A DNA stretch of 25,364 nucleotides from the IMG/VR virus record IMGVR_UViG_3300002138_000190, positions 90,516 to 115,879 of that record; one strand, given 5' to 3'. Every line of letters starts with the position of its first letter. The first letter of the stretch is position 1. Made by a program: the position numbers and the translations under genes. The notes below the pieces were generated by a model that searched no databases, was not told the DNA's origin, and saw only the letters and a program-made list of their open reading frames with translations. Source of the DNA: a virus. Positions 9,142-17,244 of the stretch are shown piece by piece.

Positions 9142-9794
9142 TTTTTAACAATTGCAACTATCTTGCCTGATTGATACTTCTTGTTTGCAATATTAATAAT
9201 TTCATTTGCTATTTCAATTACAGAAGTTTGTCCTTTTTCTTCGCCTATGCCACCAAAACTAATAACATTGGCAAATATTAAAAGATTTTTTAATTCATTT
9301 GCCAAATGAAATGCATATTCATTTAACCCTGCTTTTGCGGATGCATAAACACCTACTTGTCCTAAATCTCTAGTATTTGATATTACAGAACTACTAGTGA
9401 AAATTATATTACTGTTTTTATTCATTAGTGGTATTACATGTTTCATCAATAAGACATTTATTAAAAAGTTAGTTTCTACAATCCATTTTACATCTTCATG
9501 TTTCATTTTAAAACAGCTATCAAGTTGTAAAGGAAGACTGTCAAATCCTTTGTTGCCACCTATACAAGAAACAAATAAATCAATTTTTTTATTTTTAAAA
9601 AAATCATTTTTGAAAAAATTTTCAATGTTTTCTTTTTTAGAAAAATCACAACACTCGAAATCATTATTGTTTTTCTTTCTTTTAAATGTATGTTTTAAAA
9701 TATTGAAATTATTATTTTTTAGTTTTTCACATATTGCTGTTCCAACAAATGAACTTGCTCCAACAACTAAAGCATTATTTTTAGTTTGAATCAT
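9138..9794 (-). CDS. Classical short-chain dehydrogenase/reductase
   Basis: ALVVGASSFVG, CDFS, ETNF, IIFTSS, YASAK. Confidence 0.85.
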   Translation of the reverse strand: MIQTKNNALVVGASSFVGTAICEKLKNNNFNILKHTFKRKKNNNDFECCDFSKKENIENFFKNDFFKNKKIDLFVSCIGGNKGFDSLPLQLDSCFKMKHEDVKWIVETNFLINVLLMKHVIPLMNKNSNIIFTSSSVISNTRDLGQVGVYASAKAGLNEYAFHLANELKNLLIFANVISFGGIGEEKGQTSVIEIANEIINIANKKYQSGKIVAIVKN

Positions 9795-10650
9795 ATTCTT
9801 GTATGTTTTTCTTTTTTCTTATAATTTTTAAATTTTCAACGGAAACAAATGATTTATCAGATATTTTTTGATCTTTAATTATATGTGGATCATTTGAAAA
9901 ACCAGCAGCACACCTGTAACAAAAATTCTCTGCTTGTTTAGCTATCTCTTCATTTGTTTTATCAAATGGATTTTTGCCATCTTCAATTTTCCAACCATTA
10001 TCTTCTCCTGATATTTGATCAAAAGCAGGAGCAACTTCACAAATATAAGCTTTGTCATTGTAAATAGTGACTCCACATTTATTCCAACAAACACAATGTT
10101 TTTTAGCTTGATTCCAATAATATTTTTTATTTTTTATTTTTAACACATCAATAGGGGCTACTAATGTTGGATTAAACATTTTCATTGGAATATCATCTTT
10201 TCCATAATGTTCTTTGAAATCAATTAAGAATGTAACATTGTTTTTATCAGGAATCCAAGCACCAACTCTATTTTCTTTTCTTTCAACTTCACATTTGGAA
10301 ATGTCATGTAGTCTTCCATTAGAAAAAATAATAAAATTGTAATCTTCATATGAGTAAAGTATTTCTTTTATTTCATTAAATTTTGGATGTAATGTTGGTT
10401 CCCCTCCAAATATCCAAATTTTCTTGCTAATATATTTACCCATTGTTTCAATGTTTGTTTTTAATTGGTCTAAATCAATAAACCAAAGTTGTTCTTTTTC
10501 AAAGTGACCACAAAGTTGGCTGCATCCACCACAATGCAAATTACAAACATTTGTTATGGTAATGTATGGAGGTCTTTTTTTAAACATTAAATTATCAGGG
10601 CCATCTATTTGTTCGTAAGTAATATTTCTTTTTATGATATGGTTAAGCAT
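9781..10650 (-). CDS. Radical SAM enzyme
   Basis: ITNVCNLHCGGC (CxxxCxxC), FGGEPTLHP, FSNG; extra C-terminal Cys (CVCWNKC, YICE, FCYRC) suggest an auxiliary cluster. Confidence 0.9.
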   Translation of the reverse strand: MLNHIIKRNITYEQIDGPDNLMFKKRPPYITITNVCNLHCGGCSQLCGHFEKEQLWFIDLDQLKTNIETMGKYISKKIWIFGGEPTLHPKFNEIKEILYSYEDYNFIIFSNGRLHDISKCEVERKENRVGAWIPDKNNVTFLIDFKEHYGKDDIPMKMFNPTLVAPIDVLKIKNKKYYWNQAKKHCVCWNKCGVTIYNDKAYICEVAPAFDQISGEDNGWKIEDGKNPFDKTNEEIAKQAENFCYRCAAGFSNDPHIIKDQKISDKSFVSVENLKIIRKKKNIQEYDSN

Positions 10651-11179
10651 TTAATACCTTTTTTATTGTGTCGTTTATTTTTACAAATCCGCTTTCGATA
10701 ACTTCTGCTCTAATCCCGCCATTTAATAATAAAACATCTATTAAACCTTTGCATTTTGTATATTCTTCTATATGTTTGCATCCTTTGCAAAATTCAACTC
10801 CTTTAAGTAAAACATCATTTATCTTGAAATATCTATTCATCAGAGAATTTAAGTTTAAATTTTCGGTTAAAATATTTCTCCTTAAATCTATTGGTTCAAG
10901 ATTAGGGAATTTTTTTTTAATTTCTTTAATGTTTTGAGCATCTATCAAAGAAATGTTTCTTGGGTTTTTAAATTTAACTAAGTTATTATCTTGTAATTTA
11001 AAATGAGAAACATCATACCACCTATCTCCAACAATTCCTTTGTTCTTATGTATTTCAACTGAATTCATGGCAATCATTGGATTGGCATAGTTATAGCCAC
11101 CAGCTGGTGGTGTGTTTGTATCTTCAATAGGCTTAGATATGAAAATACTTAGCACTTTTATTTTTTGTATTAACAACAT
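10643..11179 (-). CDS. MOSC-domain protein
   Basis: GIVGDRW, RNISLI, LRRNI, FCKGC, GGIRAEVIESGFVKIND. Confidence 0.85.
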   Translation of the reverse strand: MLLIQKIKVLSIFISKPIEDTNTPPAGGYNYANPMIAMNSVEIHKNKGIVGDRWYDVSHFKLQDNNLVKFKNPRNISLIDAQNIKEIKKKFPNLEPIDLRRNILTENLNLNSLMNRYFKINDVLLKGVEFCKGCKHIEEYTKCKGLIDVLLLNGGIRAEVIESGFVKINDTIKKVLNA

Positions 11180-12354
11180 TAATTTATATCTATGTAATTT
11201 TTAATTTTACTTGAAACATACTCCATATCTTTCAAGTTTAATCCATGCCAACATCCAACAAATAAACTATTCTTCATAAGAAAATCAGCTATTGGTAAAT
11301 TTTGATACAAGTGTTTAAATGGTTTGTGTCTGGTAATATTACCAGCAAAAAAAGGTCTGCTTTTGATATTGTTTTTCAACAAGTACAAAGCTAAATCATT
11401 ACGATTTCCATCTTGCAAAGTTACTACATACCCATAATAGGCAGGATTAGAATCATCAAGAACTTTCATTTTTGTTGTTGGATAATTACTCAATGAATTT
11501 TGAAGATAATTAAAATTTTCAATTCTTTTTTTTGTAAATCCTTTTAATCTATTCATTTGAACACATGCATAAGCTGCTGCTGTGTCTGGCATAAGCATAT
11601 TCCATCCACAAGTTTCATATGTAAATTGTTCGTCATAAGCTATATTATCAATAAAACAAGAATAATTTGTAATTTTTTCAATGTTTTTTTCTGTTTCTAA
11701 AGTAGATATTTTCCCCCATGTTTTCATTGATCTTATTTTGTAAATTAATTCTTCATCATCTGTAATAACAGCACCCCCCATGCCCATTCCATTAATTTGA
11801 TGAGAAGGATAAAAAGAAAATGTGCCTAATTTTCCATAAGTTCCAACATGTTTTTTTTTGTAAAATGATCCTAAAGACTCACAGCAATCTTCAATTATAT
11901 GAATGTTATATTTATCACAAATTTCTTTTATCGGAATAATATCAACAGGATTGCCTAAAGTATGTGCGAAAATTATAGCTTTTACATTATCTTTTTCTTT
12001 TTTAACAGCATCAATTACTTGATTTATATCAATGTTGTAAGATGGTAACTCATAATCTACTAAAACAGGTTGTAATCCTAAATGTAAAATTGGATTTAGA
12101 GTAGCTGGAAAACCACATCCAGAAGTAATAACTTTAGAATTTTTCGGTAAATTCAAACTAGCTAAAGCTAATAAATTTGCTGACGAACCTGAATTAACAC
12201 AAGTACAAAATTTAGAACCTGTAAAATCACAAATTAATCTTTCTAATTTCTTGTTTTCTTTTCCTGATGTGTGCCACTTACTGATTAAAACTTTAATAAC
12301 AGCTAAATATTCTTGAATTCCATGTTTTATTCCACCAAAAGATATAGGTTTCAT
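11179..12354 (-). CDS. DegT-superfamily PLP/PMP enzyme, His-type NDP-4-keto-6-deoxysugar 3-dehydratase (RfbH/ColD-like)
   Basis: NSGSSANLLA, HTLGNP, EDCCESLG, and SFYPSHQI with His where aminotransferases have Lys; RPFFAGNI. Confidence 0.85.
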   Translation of the reverse strand: MKPISFGGIKHGIQEYLAVIKVLISKWHTSGKENKKLERLICDFTGSKFCTCVNSGSSANLLALASLNLPKNSKVITSGCGFPATLNPILHLGLQPVLVDYELPSYNIDINQVIDAVKKEKDNVKAIIFAHTLGNPVDIIPIKEICDKYNIHIIEDCCESLGSFYKKKHVGTYGKLGTFSFYPSHQINGMGMGGAVITDDEELIYKIRSMKTWGKISTLETEKNIEKITNYSCFIDNIAYDEQFTYETCGWNMLMPDTAAAYACVQMNRLKGFTKKRIENFNYLQNSLSNYPTTKMKVLDDSNPAYYGYVVTLQDGNRNDLALYLLKNNIKSRPFFAGNITRHKPFKHLYQNLPIADFLMKNSLFVGCWHGLNLKDMEYVSSKIKNYIDIN

Positions 12355-13172
12355 AATTTCTTTCTTTGATTGTAATAGTGTTCTCTAATTTCTTTTTCAC
12401 TTACATAAGGCACATTCTTAATAGAATGATGAATTAGAAATTTTTCATCAATTAATCTTGGGTCTAATGGTTTTTTTCTGCCATGATGAGATGAATATAA
12501 CGGTGGAACCAAATTATCAGGATACTCACCCCAATAAAAATTTTCAAAACCCATAAGTTTAACACAATTAGTTAAAAAAGATTCTGATGGGAATGGATAG
12601 TTTTCATGCTTTGTATCTAACAAGCCATTTTCAAAAGCTTTATCAATAAAACTTCTACTTTGGAAATTAACTGCATAAAATATTTGTCTTTCTGGAAAAA
12701 CAAAATCATTTATATTTGGAAAATATGGATTGAAGTGGTTCTTTATTTTTTCTATCATCCAGTCTTTAGAATAAATTGCATCATCTTTGCTTCCTATGCA
12801 ACCTATGTTTTTGTTGTGAGTGAAAATATTTAAAGCCCATACATCTAATCCTTTTCCGTTAATTGGCAATGCATCATCATCAATAACCATCACCATTTTA
12901 AAATTATATTTTTTATTTAAAGCATAAGTAATTCCATCATTTACTTTTTGACTTATATTTCTATTTTCTTTTTTCAAAATTGCTTTAGTGTGTACTATTT
13001 CAACATTTTGAATGTTTAAATTTTTTATTTTTTTACTATCATCTACAACAATCATTTTTACTTTAGATTTGCAACTCCAAAAAATTGCATCAATTTGATC
13101 CAATACAATGTCTTCGCCTCTATGTGTAGGCATTATAACCAATGTGTCAAATTCACTAATTTGCTTGAGCAT
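12351..13172 (-). CDS. GT2-like glycosyltransferase
   Basis: LVIMPTH, MIVVDDS, MVIDDDA (DxD). Confidence 0.75.
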   Translation of the reverse strand: MLKQISEFDTLVIMPTHRGEDIVLDQIDAIFWSCKSKVKMIVVDDSKKIKNLNIQNVEIVHTKAILKKENRNISQKVNDGITYALNKKYNFKMVMVIDDDALPINGKGLDVWALNIFTHNKNIGCIGSKDDAIYSKDWMIEKIKNHFNPYFPNINDFVFPERQIFYAVNFQSRSFIDKAFENGLLDTKHENYPFPSESFLTNCVKLMGFENFYWGEYPDNLVPPLYSSHHGRKKPLDPRLIDEKFLIHHSIKNVPYVSEKEIREHYYNQRKKL

Positions 13173-13182
13173 TTTATGTTGT

Positions 13183-13189
13183 TATTTAG
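13183..13189 (-). promoter_or_regulatory. Putative late promoter core CTAAATA
   Basis: Reverse complement of TATTTAG in the only sizeable gap (55 nt) of the long minus-strand block, 10 nt upstream of the 13172 ATG. Confidence 0.35.
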
Positions 13190-13227
13190 TGTAATTTATT
13201 TGTAAATTTTTAAAATTAAAAACTAAT

Positions 13228-14112
13228 TTAATTTTTCCATAAGTCACTTAAAAGCCATTTTGAATTAATTTTTTGTTTATCTATTTCTAATGGATTGAAT
13301 GCTATATTAAGCTTTTCAAATTGTAATTCATAAAAAGATTTTGGAAGAGTAGTTAAAAGGTTTTTGTACAAAGTTAATTCTTTTAATTTTTTCAAGTTGC
13401 CAAAATTTTCTGGTAACTTCTTTAGTTTGTTTTTGTGAATTCTCAAACCTTCTAAATTTTGCAAATTACAAAAACTATCAGGTAAATTTTCTATTTTATT
13501 TGCTACTAAAGAAAGCCATTTTAATTTTTTTAAATTTTCTATTTCTTCAGATATCATTGTGATGCCAGATAATCCCCAAGAAAAAAATTCTAAATTTTTA
13601 AGCTTATAGATAAAATTTGGAATTTTTCTTATTTTATTCAAATAAAGATTTAAAAATTCTAAGTTGCTTAAAACAGATATACTGTCTATATTTTTTAATT
13701 CATTTTTGTGAAGTTTCAAGGTTTTTAATTTTAGTAAATTACAGATTGAATCAGGTAATTCTTTTAAATCATTAACTCCAAGGTTTAAAAATTCTAAGTT
13801 TAAATTAAGTACTGTTTCAGGTATTTTTTTTAAATAATTAGATCCTAAATCTAAATGTTTTAAATTTTTTAAATTTAAATTATGCAAGTCACAAATTCTA
13901 TTTTTTCTTAAATTCAATATTTCTAAATTTTCTAAATTTGAAATATTTTTAATTATTTTATTTTTTTCACTAGGAATTAAATTTCTTATTGTTCCATGAA
14001 AAATAAATTCTTTATTTGTAAAATCAATTTTAATGCATTTATCTTCGTGGAATTCATAGTTGAAAAAAGGTGTTATTTTTTTTATATTTGCAATAACATC
14101 ATGATCTTTCAT
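13228..14112 (-). CDS. Leucine-rich repeat protein (~10 LRRs)
   Basis: Repeated LxxLxLxxNxLxxLPxx(F/I)xxL units of 21-23 aa; SD-like GGGGG upstream. Confidence 0.95.
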   Translation of the reverse strand: MKDHDVIANIKKITPFFNYEFHEDKCIKIDFTNKEFIFHGTIRNLIPSEKNKIIKNISNLENLEILNLRKNRICDLHNLNLKNLKHLDLGSNYLKKIPETVLNLNLEFLNLGVNDLKELPDSICNLLKLKTLKLHKNELKNIDSISVLSNLEFLNLYLNKIRKIPNFIYKLKNLEFFSWGLSGITMISEEIENLKKLKWLSLVANKIENLPDSFCNLQNLEGLRIHKNKLKKLPENFGNLKKLKELTLYKNLLTTLPKSFYELQFEKLNIAFNPLEIDKQKINSKWLLSDLWKN

Positions 14113-14821
14113 GTATTCCCCCTTTTATCAACCATCTTTCTCCAATAAAGGAATTTCTTCCATGTAGAACTTTATTGTCTTTGAAAAAAAGTGCATCCCC
14201 ATTGTTAAGTATAACTGAATCCACTAATCCTGAAGCAATAATTTTTTCTTCTAAAAAATTATGAAATTCATTAGTTGTTTTATTTTTTTCACAACGATAA
14301 TAATTCCAATTTAAAAAATTGTTTTCATCTACAATAAAACTTTTTTTGCAATCACTACCTTTGAAGAAATTAATAATATTGCTTTTTAAATCTTTTAGTA
14401 ATTTTTCATCGTAATATTTAAGTACTTCAATTAAAAAATCATTTTCAATAAAAGTAGTGGCCCCACCATATTTAGCTTTTTGCGAACAACCAAAAAATGT
14501 AATTGTGGGTGCGTTAAATTCATATGAACCATCAGTATGAAGAGGTTGTCTTGTATTGCTGTGGCTATAACTTGAACTTGTAAAATTTACTGGGTGTTTA
14601 ATATTTGTGAAAAAATTACCATTTTTATTTCCTGTTTGTAAATCTTCTTCCATTAAGGCCAGATCACCAATTTTTTGAGCTAAATTTTCATAGTACTCAA
14701 AGTTAATATTGTTTGATTCGTTAACACAATGAATAACTTTGAATTTTTTCAATAACTCAATTAATTCTTTGTGAATATCTTTTTTGCCATCAAACACAAT
14801 CTTCCAAATGTATTTTTTCAT
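14099..14821 (-). CDS. TauD/TfdA (clavaminate synthase-like) Fe(II)/2OG dioxygenase
   Basis: PLHTDGSY, GGATT, GDALFF.DNKVLHGR. Start moved from 14860 to the ATG at 14821 (MKKYIW) to reduce overlap with flavodoxin. Confidence 0.85.
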   Translation of the reverse strand: MKKYIWKIVFDGKKDIHKELIELLKKFKVIHCVNESNNINFEYYENLAQKIGDLALMEEDLQTGNKNGNFFTNIKHPVNFTSSSYSHSNTRQPLHTDGSYEFNAPTITFFGCSQKAKYGGATTFIENDFLIEVLKYYDEKLLKDLKSNIINFFKGSDCKKSFIVDENNFLNWNYYRCEKNKTTNEFHNFLEEKIIASGLVDSVILNNGDALFFKDNKVLHGRNSFIGERWLIKGGIHERS

Positions 14822-15203
14822 ATAATTTACTTTTCCATTTTTCAAAACAATTCCAATCAATTTTTGGTATTGAATCTAATGATAACATGTAATAAAATTC
14901 TTCAAAACCTAATTCTTCAAAATATTTTTTCAAAATAATACCAGCACCAAAAGTAAAATCTTCATATCCATAATAGTTTCCTAATTCGCAAATTGTAAAA
15001 TACTTAAGGTTGTTTATTTTAATGTTAAGTAAATAATCTTCCATTTCTAATGGTAATTCTTCATCACCATAAGTAGGACATAAAATTATTAAAAGATCAC
15101 AATCAATAATTGGATTTACTTTTATATTTAATGCGTTTTCAAAATAATTCGCAACTAAAGTTGTTTTGTTTTTAACTGAGCAATAGATAATTTGAATTTT
15201 CAT
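14790..15203 (-). CDS. Short-chain flavodoxin-like protein
   Basis: IIYCS...KT..VA, LIILCPTYGDEELP, ELGNYYGYEDF. Confidence 0.8.
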   Translation of the reverse strand: MKIQIIYCSVKNKTTLVANYFENALNIKVNPIIDCDLLIILCPTYGDEELPLEMEDYLLNIKINNLKYFTICELGNYYGYEDFTFGAGIILKKYFEELGFEEFYYMLSLDSIPKIDWNCFEKWKSKLYEKIHLEDCV

Positions 15204-15808
15204 TTAATTATATTATTCAATATGGAAAATTTTTCACCTTTAAATTCTGGCATAAAATTTAATTCTATTTTATTATCACTAAATTTATTCTTGCAATATA
15301 AATCTGTACCCCCAAATGAATTCAAATAATAAGTTGCATTAAATAATTTACACAATTCTAATATTCTATCTTGCCCATGTAAATTAGATGAATAATCACT
15401 TGCATAATAAAATTCTTTATTTATTCCTAATGTTTTGCATGTCCAAATTATAGAAGTACATAGCATATCAGACAAATTATAATATTTTTTAAAAGATAAA
15501 TAGAAATCTTTAAATATATTGTTTTTACTTTTACCATAAACATGAAGAAATGTTTTTAAGTGTTTGTCAACCCATGTATTATCATATATTTCAATTTTAT
15601 TAATGGTAGTTTCTCTTGGTGCATTTTTAACTGGAACTGTTATAAAAATATTATCTTTTTTATTTGGGGATGGAATAATATTTCTATTGATCCATCTTCT
15701 TTTTACATACTGGACATCGTTAAGAAATATAAATTTGTCTGCTGAAGCGATTAAATCAAAATAACCTTGATATGGGAAAAAATAAGGCTGCATTATTGCT
15801 ATCTTCAT
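15200..15808 (-). CDS. WbqC-family protein
   Basis: IAIMQPYFFPYQGYFDLI...D.FIFLNDVQY...WINRN, ITVPV, YLN..GG..LY, SI. Confidence 0.95.
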   Translation of the reverse strand: MKIAIMQPYFFPYQGYFDLIASADKFIFLNDVQYVKRRWINRNIIPSPNKKDNIFITVPVKNAPRETTINKIEIYDNTWVDKHLKTFLHVYGKSKNNIFKDFYLSFKKYYNLSDMLCTSIIWTCKTLGINKEFYYASDYSSNLHGQDRILELCKLFNATYYLNSFGGTDLYCKNKFSDNKIELNFMPEFKGEKFSILNNIIK

Positions 15809-16395
15809 TTAAACACCGAAAACTTAGACAAATCAGGATATTTGCCCTTACAAACTTTACCTTCCCCTAAATGAAGCATAAGATTTAAACCTCTTGCTGC
15901 TTGTTCAGGTGTCATATACATGTTCCAACCTAAAATTGTAACATCAGTTTGTTCTGCCAAAGGAACATTTATTCTTCCACAATACCTAGCTAGTTTAAAC
16001 CAATCATTGGCTTTTTCATTGTCAGTTAGTATCATGCCACCTTTCCCAATATTAATTGGTTTGTTTGCACTAAAAGAAACACAAGTATATGTTTCTCGTT
16101 CATACATGTTTCTCTTTAAACAACAAGCACTATCAATAATTGGATAAGGGTCTAATGAATAATTTTCTGTCCATTCATTATCATTAAATTTTATTTTTCC
16201 ACCGCTATGAATTACAGCAGAAGGAATTGAAATATAAGTTTTTTTAGGAATAGTTATTTCATTTACTTTTAAATATTTGCAACATAGAAAAATAGCGTTA
16301 GTGCAGTTGTCAACAGCTATTGCATGTTTTGCACCAGTATAAGATGCAATTTTCTTTTCAAATTCTTCAACAATTGAATAAGGATTTGGTTCCAT
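15805..16395 (-). CDS. Short DegT/DnrJ/EryC1/StrS-family aminotransferase-like protein
   Basis: FEKKIASYTGAKHAIAVDNCTNAI, IIDSA, SFSANKPINIGKGGMILTD (catalytic Lys present), GWNMYM. Confidence 0.85.
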   Translation of the reverse strand: MEPNPYSIVEEFEKKIASYTGAKHAIAVDNCTNAIFLCCKYLKVNEITIPKKTYISIPSAVIHSGGKIKFNDNEWTENYSLDPYPIIDSACCLKRNMYERETYTCVSFSANKPINIGKGGMILTDNEKANDWFKLARYCGRINVPLAEQTDVTILGWNMYMTPEQAARGLNLMLHLGEGKVCKGKYPDLSKFSVFK

Positions 16396-17244
16396 TTAAT
16401 TACTTCCATTTTTAAAATTCAAATTTTTGACAAACAAATTTATATAATTATCTAAATTAATTCTCGGCTTCCAATTTAACTTTTCATAAGTTTCTTCCAT
16501 ATTAATATTTGCAACATCAATATCATGTTTTGATTTTGGAAGATAAATAATTCTGTTTGCTTTAAACAAGCTTGATATTTTTTTTATTGAATACTTTTTG
16601 GATTCGCCAAAATTAAAAATTTCAAAATTAAAATCTTTTTTCATTAATTTAAAAATGCCTTCACAAACATCATTTATGTGAATGAAATGTTTTTTATTTT
16701 TACCATCACCATATATTTCAAATGGTAAATTGTTTTCTTTATTGTTTTCAAAAATTCCAACTAAGTTAGCAGCATTTCCAGTTTTTTTTTGACCAATCCC
16801 ATAAATGTTAAATAGTCGTAAAATATTAATTTTAAGTCCATAATATTGATTGTAATAAATACACAATTCTTCACCTAAATATTTACTGAATGTGTAAGGG
16901 TTTAAAAAATAATTACCATGACATGTATAGGAACTTGCAAAAATAACTTTTGCTTTTTTTTCCAAAGCATACTCTAAAACATTTTTAGTTCCTTTGATAT
17001 TTACTTCAAAAGTTTTATCAGTATTACTTAGGCATGTCTTTATCCTTGATATTGCAGCAAAATGTATGATTGTTTTTGGATTAAGGGTTTCAAGTTTTTT
17101 GTTCAATAAAAAATTTTTTGTAATATCATGTTTTATTGTTGAATTTTCCAAGTCTAAATCAACAAAATTAATTTTTTTTTCTTTTAAAAAATTAATTAAA
17201 TTTGTTCCAATAAATCCTGAAGAACCAGTTATTAAAATGCACAT
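16396..17244 (-). CDS. NAD-dependent NDP-sugar epimerase/dehydratase
   Basis: ILITGSSGFIG, IHFAA, VNIKGT, IFASS, PYTFSK, LRLFNIYG, IYGDG, FIHINDV. Confidence 0.9.
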   Translation of the reverse strand: MCILITGSSGFIGTNLINFLKEKKINFVDLDLENSTIKHDITKNFLLNKKLETLNPKTIIHFAAISRIKTCLSNTDKTFEVNIKGTKNVLEYALEKKAKVIFASSYTCHGNYFLNPYTFSKYLGEELCIYYNQYYGLKINILRLFNIYGIGQKKTGNAANLVGIFENNKENNLPFEIYGDGKNKKHFIHINDVCEGIFKLMKKDFNFEIFNFGESKKYSIKKISSLFKANRIIYLPKSKHDIDVANINMEETYEKLNWKPRINLDNYINLFVKNLNFKNGSN

